In this document: piece by piece, positions 57,362-64,000 of the stretch
How the letters are laid out: every line of letters starts with the position of its first letter
Numbering within the stretch: the stretch's first letter is position 1
Source: Nitrospirales bacterium
GTDB lineage: Bacteria; Nitrospirota; Nitrospiria; Nitrospirales; UBA8639
Length of the DNA: 64,000 nt
NCBI GenBank assembly: GCA_965223295.1
Contig: CBDCWC010000003.1
Location: 1,728,001 to 1,792,000 of the forward strand
Reading direction: 5' to 3'
Position numbers and translations under genes: made by a program
Notes under the pieces: generated by a model
The model's database searches: none
Told to the model about the DNA's origin: nothing
What the model saw: the letters and a program-made list of their open reading frames with translations, nothing else

Positions 57362-58705
57362 ATGGAACCATTTGATTCAGAGTCTCAAGGAGATCTCTTC
57401 CCGAGTACAAAATTTTCCGATAGCCGCCAAGCGCCCTTAGCAGATCGCATGCGGCCGCAGTCTTTTGATGACTTTGTCGGCCAAGAAGAAGCCTTGGCAG
57501 TAGATCAGCCGCTTCGCAAGGCCATAGAGAATGATCGTGTGCCTTCTCTGATAGTATGGGGGCCACCAGGCACAGGCAAAACGACCTTGGCGCATCTCAT
57601 CGCTAAGAAAACGCAGTCAGCATTTGTGCCATTTTCGGCTGTGCTGAGTGGTGTGCAGGAATTGCGAGGACTTCTCAAAACGGCGCAACAACGTAAAAAG
57701 GTGTCGAATCAACATACGCTGCTCTTTGTCGATGAAATTCATCGATTCAATAAAGCGCAACAAGATGCCTTTTTGCCATATGTGGAACGGGGCGATATCA
57801 CCCTTATTGGTGCAACCACGCAAAATCCTTCGTTTGAAGTGATCGCACCTTTATTGTCTCGGTCGATGGTGGTGGTACTCAAATCGTTGAACGATGATGC
57901 CTTAGGGCAGATTTTAGATCGTGCCTTAACGGATTCAAAACGAGGACTCGGAGCTTCACAAACAACTCTCACCCCTGAAGCGAGGCGTTTGCTCATTGCA
58001 TACGGTAATGGTGATGCCCGTTCAATGTTGACGGGGTTGGAATTTGTTGTGGGTCACTATGCAGAAAACGGGAAATCAGCCTCTATCGATAAGCCTCAGG
58101 TCGCGCAGGCTCTTAAAGAAAAAGCGCTACGATACGATCGAGCTGGAGAAGAACACTATGATTTGATTTCCGCGTTTATCAAAAGTATGCGTGATTCTCA
58201 CCCGGATGGCGCACTCTATTGGTTGGCTCGAATGCTGGAAGGTGGAGAGGATCCCAAATTTATCGCAAGACGCATGATGATTTTTGCATCAGAAGACATT
58301 GGGATGGCTGACTCACAAGCCCTTGTCATCGCCTCGGCCGTTTTTCATGCTGTAGAGGTGGTTGGTTTGCCAGAGGCACAAATCAACCTGGCTCATGGGG
58401 TGACCTACTTAGCTACGGCTCCAAAAAGTAATGCGTCTTATGCTGGAATTCTTGCTGCAAGAAAAGACGTGAAAGAAAAAGGCAATTTGCCCGTGCCGCT
58501 TCATTTGCGGAATGCCGCGACTTCTCTCATGAAAGAGCTGGACTATGGGAAAGACTACCGCTATGCACATGATGACCCACATGGCGCCAAGGCCCAAACC
58601 CATCTTCCCAAAGAACTAGAAGGCCGTCAGTATTATCAGCCCAAGAGTTCTTTCTTCAGGTCTTCTCCAAATGATATGGAAGAAGATATCAATAATCCCT
58701 GGTAA
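57362..58705 (+). CDS. rarA: Replication-associated recombination protein A (MgsA)
   Basis: PLADRMRP, WGPPGTGKTT, FVDEIHRFNKAQQD, HYDLISAFIKSMR, ASEDIG. Confidence 0.96.
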   Translation: MEPFDSESQGDLFPSTKFSDSRQAPLADRMRPQSFDDFVGQEEALAVDQPLRKAIENDRVPSLIVWGPPGTGKTTLAHLIAKKTQSAFVPFSAVLSGVQELRGLLKTAQQRKKVSNQHTLLFVDEIHRFNKAQQDAFLPYVERGDITLIGATTQNPSFEVIAPLLSRSMVVVLKSLNDDALGQILDRALTDSKRGLGASQTTLTPEARRLLIAYGNGDARSMLTGLEFVVGHYAENGKSASIDKPQVAQALKEKALRYDRAGEEHYDLISAFIKSMRDSHPDGALYWLARMLEGGEDPKFIARRMMIFASEDIGMADSQALVIASAVFHAVEVVGLPEAQINLAHGVTYLATAPKSNASYAGILAARKDVKEKGNLPVPLHLRNAATSLMKELDYGKDYRYAHDDPHGAKAQTHLPKELEGRQYYQPKSSFFRSSPNDMEEDINNPW

Positions 58706-58854
58706 TTCAGGCCGATCCGACAACTCGAAAAATAAAGCTGTATTTTTTAGATCGTTGTGGGGAAGAGTGGGTAGGCAGTTCGAGTATGAGGTCCTCAGTA
58801 TAGTACCTTGATCACAGTATCTGAATCTTGATGAACAAGAGAATGCGGATTTTT

Positions 58855-59508
58855 TCAGTTTTCTTGGGAAATGATACTGTGTTCATTCTTTTTGAGTTGT
58901 AGCTCATCGGAATGAACAAGATCTGCATTCTTGCCTTGGTCGGCGAATTCTTTGAGGCGTTGATTGATGACTGCAACGGTGGAGGTAATGCCAGTATCCA
59001 CCTCTTCTGACAGAGCGTTGAGGCCAGTGAGAATATCCCGGGCTTCTTCCACACCTTTCCCTATGGCCTTGCCAATAAAGTTGACAAATTCGCTCCGAAC
59101 GTCCTCTTCGCTTAACTCGGGGTGATTTTCTTGAAATTGCGAAAAGGCGAGGAGGGCAAAGTCTACAATCCGATTAGCTGTGGCTTCGGGAGAAACATCG
59201 AGGGATGTATCAGGTGATACGCCAAGGTCAGCTTTAGCCGATTCCACCAGACTTTCGAGCTTTTGAAGATCCTGTTGTGAGAGTCCATTGTGGAGGTCTG
59301 GTTCCAGTCCACCAGCTTTTTGAATATTGGCCAAGGTTTTATTCAAGACAAGTTCGGCCACATCTTTTCGCGATGTTGGGCCACTCAAGGAAACGGTGTC
59401 AGTTTGAGCTGAGGCCGCTGGTCGAGCCTGGGTGTTTCGAGCTGGCAAGGTCTTTTGAGCAAAACTCGGGGCCTGCGCCTGAATAGGGAGGGATACTTCT
59501 CTCACCAT
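58855..59508 (-). CDS. DUF5610-like hypothetical protein
   Basis: SPEATANRIVDFA..IGKGVEEARDILTGL motif. Confidence 0.7.
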   Translation of the reverse strand: MVREVSLPIQAQAPSFAQKTLPARNTQARPAASAQTDTVSLSGPTSRKDVAELVLNKTLANIQKAGGLEPDLHNGLSQQDLQKLESLVESAKADLGVSPDTSLDVSPEATANRIVDFALLAFSQFQENHPELSEEDVRSEFVNFIGKAIGKGVEEARDILTGLNALSEEVDTGITSTVAVINQRLKEFADQGKNADLVHSDELQLKKNEHSIISQEN

Positions 59509-60263
59509 GCGTGCCTACTCCTTGTGTGTCGTCGTGAACTATCAAATCGATCTAGAGATGCTGAGACCTTATCGGCTTTTCCTTGGTAGGCCTTGCGAGG
59601 GGATAGCACAGAATGAACTGGTCAAGAGCTTATTTCGGGGGAGCAAGACGATTTCTTCTAGGTCCGGGATGGAAAGCAAAGGGCTCCAAGTGAGGGCCAG
59701 GACGCCTCTTTTAGATCAATACTGACATTATCCGAAGGAACAACTGGCCTATCAGCCACAATCGACCCAAAGCGGACATCTAAAATTTAAGATATCTCCG
59801 TAATATATTCAAGAATAGACTCATTACGTGAGCCATAGCTTTATTGTTAACACTTGTATGCTGTTTGCAGTTAGCTATCACCGCTTCCAATTCCGGCGCC
59901 GAGAACGACTTCTTATAGTCAAAAAACTCAAATCCCCTGTTTCTCAAGGATGTACCCCACAACTTCAGTATTCTCATTCGGTGCTCCAATTAGCTTAGTC
60001 AGAAATCTCCAAGCGCCCAAAAATAATAGCGCTTTTCCCTACAAGTGCCATGGTCATACCCAGTGTGCAGTGTGCTTTCTCCTGAGGGTAAAGAATCCCA
60101 GCTACTGGTGTTGAGATTGCAATGAAAAAGGGGAGCGAACAATGTGGCGCATATGGTATAAGGGATTGGCTTTCACTCTAAGGGCTGCATGACTAGGAAT
60201 CTGCCATGTGCAGGCGCCTAGGTTAGAAAGAATCGCATCGCTTGGAAATACCATTCAGGTGGA

Positions 60264-61388
60264 ATGATACTCAGACGACAAACAGCGGTGGGCTGGCGAT
60301 CATCTCAGGATATCCTTCTGTGCGCACTGGTGTGTCTTGTTAGTGTCATGGGGTTCACGCCACTGGCTACGGCGCAGGATCTTGATGTTTTAAAGGCCGC
60401 GGTCGTCAAGATTAGAGCCAATACGGGGCAAGTGGGTTCGGGCTTTATCGTTCGAGTTGAACAGGACAAGGTCTTCATCATTACAGCCGCGCATGTCATT
60501 GCAGGAGACCCTCAGCCTGAGGTGGAGTTTTTCTGGGAGCGCAATGTGCCGATCAAAGGCACGGTCTTGCCTGGAGCGGAAGTGAATGATGACGTACGAG
60601 GGTTAGCTTTGGTTATAGTGCTCGGAAAAGAGTTTTTCTCAAAGGGGATACAAAGCCTAGCGTTTGGGTTGGTCACAGATCTAGTGTCGGGGGGAGAGGA
60701 AGCCCTAGTCATAGGCCATCCTGGGGGAGGAGGCGACTGGACGGTGGTGAACCGGCATATTTCAAATCGGGTCGGCCGCGACATTACGCTCGATCCAGGT
60801 GTGATGGCCAGATTTTCCGGTGGGCCTATTCTGGTAAAGAACAAAGTGATGGGCATTGTAATGACCAATAGAGGTGGCTTTGGCTTAGGCAGCACCCATA
60901 AAAGCGTATTGGACTATATGGAGGGCTTTGGGGTGATCCCTTCTACCGTTCCCATTATCGATGCGAAGGAACCTCCTTCCACCGCCGAAACAACAGTGCC
61001 TACTGTCCACGTTCCTCCGCTCTCAAAACGTCCCAGTCAGTCGTTGCCTCAAACCAAAACTGGCAAAGATGGTGCGCCGATCAACAGTATTGTGGAGGAC
61101 CAGACTGACGGAAGGCCTCCTGCAAAGAAAAATACGCACGAAACCAATGGAGTGAATGGCACAATTTCGTTTATATGGGAGGGTGCGACACCGACATGGT
61201 GGAAGGTGTTGCAGGCCGATCAATTTGGTGAGTACCAGGAGGTCGCACGGACGAACCAATTACGCCGGGGTAAAAGGCAAGTCATGGAACTAGCGCCTGG
61301 CAAATACCAGGTCAATCGAAGTGCCGAAGGCGCAGAACGACAAGATGTAACTGTCAATATTGGAAAAGATGTGCTTATAACTGAGTAA
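60264..61388 (+). CDS. Secreted trypsin-like peptidase domain protein with linker and small C-terminal beta domain
   Basis: Signal peptide; GSGFIV, ITAAHV, FSGGP; Pro/Thr-rich linker. Confidence 0.8.
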   Translation: MILRRQTAVGWRSSQDILLCALVCLVSVMGFTPLATAQDLDVLKAAVVKIRANTGQVGSGFIVRVEQDKVFIITAAHVIAGDPQPEVEFFWERNVPIKGTVLPGAEVNDDVRGLALVIVLGKEFFSKGIQSLAFGLVTDLVSGGEEALVIGHPGGGGDWTVVNRHISNRVGRDITLDPGVMARFSGGPILVKNKVMGIVMTNRGGFGLGSTHKSVLDYMEGFGVIPSTVPIIDAKEPPSTAETTVPTVHVPPLSKRPSQSLPQTKTGKDGAPINSIVEDQTDGRPPAKKNTHETNGVNGTISFIWEGATPTWWKVLQADQFGEYQEVARTNQLRRGKRQVMELAPGKYQVNRSAEGAERQDVTVNIGKDVLITE

Positions 61389-61789
61389 ACTCCTGGTCCT
61401 CGGCATAGAGAGTCGGTCGTCGTAACGGATTCACCAGCGCCTCGTCAACGGCGTCCGGCGAGTGCTGTCATTCAAAGATCGTCTGGATGAGCAAAAGAAT
61501 ACCTTTGACGAATGATGCCTATTGGCCGTGAACTGACACAATCTAGGATTTAAAGATGCTGTCTAATCTGTCTATGCAATGGACATGTAAAGCTGCACTC
61601 AATTTATGCGGGTCAAATTATTAATGCAATTGCCGTGAGTATTTCATGAATCTTCTTGAGTTCTTTAATACGTAAGGAGACAGTTGTCCTTCAAAATCCG
61701 TCGATTGACTTTCTTCTCTTTTCTAGCGATAGTCGTCAGTACTCTGTCCCGTACTTTTCCTCGTAATTTTCACGAAAATCTGTAGGTGC

Positions 61790-61839
61790 TTGACATCATT
61801 GGCTGGAGTTGTATACTGCATGGTGTGGGAAAAAGTGGG
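61790..61839 (+). promoter_or_regulatory. dcw promoter (sigma70) with MraZ-box-like repeats
   Basis: TTGACA (61790)-16 bp-TATACT (61812); GTGGG at 61825 and 61835 (10 bp period). Confidence 0.7.
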
Positions 61840-61876
61840 AAAATTCCCTCAATATGGCAAAAATGAAACATGATGA

Positions 61877-62791
61877 ATGAATGATGTGCATGTTCCTGTT
61901 CTTGCTGGAGAAATTTGCCAGTGGCTTCACCCAAAACCAGGTGGAATTTACGTAGATTGCACATTGGGTCTTGGAGGAACATCATTAAAAATACTCGAAA
62001 GCACAGGATATAATGCTCATATTCTTGGTTTGGATAGGGATCCTGAGGCCTTGGCTGAGGCGGAGAAAGGCTTAGAGCCCTATAGATCGAAAGTGAAGCT
62101 TTTCAATGGGAATTACTCCCACCTTACGGATTTTGTTCAGCAAGCTGGCGTTGAGAGGGTCGATGGCGTGGTGTTCGATCTAGGGGTGTCCTCATTACAG
62201 TTAGATCGGCCAGAGCGAGGCTTTAGTTTTGCTGCGGATGGGCCTCTGGATATGCGTATGGACCAAACTCAGGGCGCAACAGCGGCTGATCTCATAAAAG
62301 TGCTGCCTGAGAAGGAGTTGGCCGATTTGTTTTTTGTCTATGGGGAGGAGCGATTTTCTCGACGCATTGCCCGTGCGATTGTGGAATCCAGAAAAACCTT
62401 TTCATTGGAAACTACGCAAGCGTTGGTTTCCGTCATTAAAGGCGCGGTTCCTCATGCCTATAGAAACGGACGTATTCATTGCGCCACTCGGACGTTCCAA
62501 GCTCTTCGAATTCGGGTGAATCAAGAACTAGAACTGTTGCAGCCGGCTCTTCGAGATGCGGTAGATCTTCTCAAGGAGGGTGGGCGATTGTGTGTGGTGG
62601 CGTTTCATTCCCTGGAAGATCGAATGGTGAAGCACACATTCCGAGCATTAGCCGGGAAAGACCATCCCCAGATTACATTGCTCACGAAGAAACCTATCAT
62701 CGCTTGTGAAGAGGAAATTCGCCAAAACCCGCGGGCGCGGAGCGCCAAGCTCCGGGTCGCCCAACGTTTAGGGGAGGAAACGCGCTCATGA
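61877..62791 (+). CDS. rsmH: 16S rRNA m4C1402 methyltransferase
   Basis: HVPVL, DCTLGLGG, DLGVSS.Q, GPLDMRMD, FHSLEDR, NPRARSAKLR. Confidence 0.97.
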   Translation: MNDVHVPVLAGEICQWLHPKPGGIYVDCTLGLGGTSLKILESTGYNAHILGLDRDPEALAEAEKGLEPYRSKVKLFNGNYSHLTDFVQQAGVERVDGVVFDLGVSSLQLDRPERGFSFAADGPLDMRMDQTQGATAADLIKVLPEKELADLFFVYGEERFSRRIARAIVESRKTFSLETTQALVSVIKGAVPHAYRNGRIHCATRTFQALRIRVNQELELLQPALRDAVDLLKEGGRLCVVAFHSLEDRMVKHTFRALAGKDHPQITLLTKKPIIACEEEIRQNPRARSAKLRVAQRLGEETRS

Positions 62792-63135
62792 AAAAAAATG
62801 TCTTGCTTGGAATTATGCTGATTTTAGGCGCCTGGTGTCTGGTGTACGTCGGAATGAAGATTGATATGTGGCGGTTGGGATATGACATGGAAGAATTAGA
62901 GAATCAGCGTACGGTTCTGAAGAAAGAACAAGAGCTTCTGCAGGTCCGTCTGTCTGAGCTCACAGACCCACAGCAAATTGCACAACGAGCTCAAGAAGAA
63001 TTACAGCTCATGGTCCCCCAAGACGGTCAAGTCGTGATGGTCTCCCGTGATATGAATCCTTCCTCCGAATCAGAAAGCGATTCTCCGATGCGGTTAGTCC
63101 GTGAGTTTTCAGAAGGCATAGTGAGTCTGCCATGA
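62788..63135 (+). CDS. ftsL: Cell division protein FtsL
   Basis: TM helix plus coiled coil; lies between rsmH and ftsI with ATGA overlaps. Confidence 0.85.
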   Translation: MKKNVLLGIMLILGAWCLVYVGMKIDMWRLGYDMEELENQRTVLKKEQELLQVRLSELTDPQQIAQRAQEELQLMVPQDGQVVMVSRDMNPSSESESDSPMRLVREFSEGIVSLP

Positions 63136-64000
63136 GTCCGCCCAGCCAAGATATCCATCCTATCTGCAGAATTCGCAGTGGCATTGTGTGTCTTTGCCTG
63201 CTTTTTGGATTTGTCGCGATCGGGTGCCGGCTATTTTATTTGCAGGTGCTGCAATCGGACACTGGTGCCCATGCCGTTCAACGCCAGCACCAAAAATCGA
63301 TGATTGTTCAGTCTGATCGCGGAGTGATTTTTGATCGGCAGGGCCATCCCTTAGCACTCAATGTTGATGTCTCCTCTGTCTTTGTGAATCCCAAGTCTCT
63401 CAAAAATCCTGAGCAAACTGCAGAGGCACTAGCGCGGGTGTTGGATATGCCAACGCCTGAACTACACAAGGTTTTCAAGGATGCGAAATCTCGTGTTCGG
63501 CTGAAGCGGCGACTTCCAGAAGAGCAAGCTCGACAGATTGAGGACATGGCGATTCCCGGAGTAGACGTGGTCAGAAGGCCTCAGCGTTTTTATCCCAAGA
63601 AGCAATTGGGTTCTCATATTTTGGGTTTTGCGGGTGATGATAATCAGGGCTTAGAAGGGATTGAATTTCATTACGAGTCATTTTTGCGAGGCGAAAAAAG
63701 CCGCGTGCGTTACCAGCGGGATGCGCTAGGCGGGAGAATTGCCTCGCTGATTAATCCGGCTTCAACCAGTCATCATGCTGGCTATCATGTCACTCTTTCG
63801 ATTGATGAAGTCATCCAGTTTATTGCTGAAGATGAATTAGCAAAAGCTGTCAAGCAGAGTCATGCCAAATCAGGAACCATTTTGATCATGGATCCCATGA
63901 CTGGAGGCATCTTAGCTTGGGCTGTCTATCCGACCTTTGATCCCAACCGCTTCCGGAAACTTTCAGCAGAAGATTGGAAAAATTGGACGGTCACCGACCC
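63132..64000 (+). CDS. ftsI: Peptidoglycan D,D-transpeptidase FtsI/PBP3 (3' end outside the window)
   Basis: Manual translation: RLFYLQV, RGVIFDRQG.PLA, RFYP, GLEGIE, LSIDEVIQ, MDPMTGGILA. Confidence 0.93.
   Translation, partial: MSPPSQDIHPICRIRSGIVCLCLLFGFVAIGCRLFYLQVLQSDTGAHAVQRQHQKSMIVQSDRGVIFDRQGHPLALNVDVSSVFVNPKSLKNPEQTAEALARVLDMPTPELHKVFKDAKSRVRLKRRLPEEQARQIEDMAIPGVDVVRRPQRFYPKKQLGSHILGFAGDDNQGLEGIEFHYESFLRGEKSRVRYQRDALGGRIASLINPASTSHHAGYHVTLSIDEVIQFIAEDELAKAVKQSHAKSGTILIMDPMTGGILAWAVYPTFDPNRFRKLSAEDWKNWTVTD

Noticed and set aside
59780-60060. 69 aa minus-strand ORF, possible gene remnant
   Set aside because: No family recognised and no convincing start; not enough evidence to call a CDS or pseudogene.

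Overview
Bacterial chromosomal window, probably from a Nitrospirales/Nitrospira-like genome (inferred from gene content; not verifiable here). Positions 1-22 kb form an accessory cell-surface locus. An FHA-domain sigma54 activator (6549-7991) sits among three sigma54 promoters, each with copies of a GTATCT-N4-AGATAC motif (some degenerate) about 110-180 bp upstream. Leftward, these promoters drive an autotransporter-type beta-barrel and a pair made of a dockerin-bearing triheme cytochrome c and a cohesin/PEP-CTERM protein. Rightward, they drive two secreted Asn/Gly/Ser-rich proteins built from a 36-39 aa repeat, a CsgG/HfaB-like lipoprotein, and LPP20-like, GIN-domain and Deg-protease genes. 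A membrane Ser/Thr kinase and LPP20/DUF4384 genes follow. This is a candidate undescribed amyloid-like fibre secretion system plus a surface-tethered cytochrome, possibly co-regulated. The rest of the window holds a TusA/DsrE sulfur-relay trio, ftcD, a TLEDWTD-filter voltage-gated channel, a bcsB-less cellulose synthase operon, an egtD/ABC transporter/egtB cluster, a fused ECF transporter, bfd with a Fur box, a NorD/CbbO-like VWA protein, mdh, nuoF-like-ferredoxin-PTPS-folE, rarA, and the start of the dcw cluster (rsmH-ftsL-ftsI, no mraZ). Six copies of a MITE family are present, five complete with 5-bp target-site duplications. No rRNA, tRNA or CRISPR array was recognised. All family calls come from motif recognition by eye; no database search was run.
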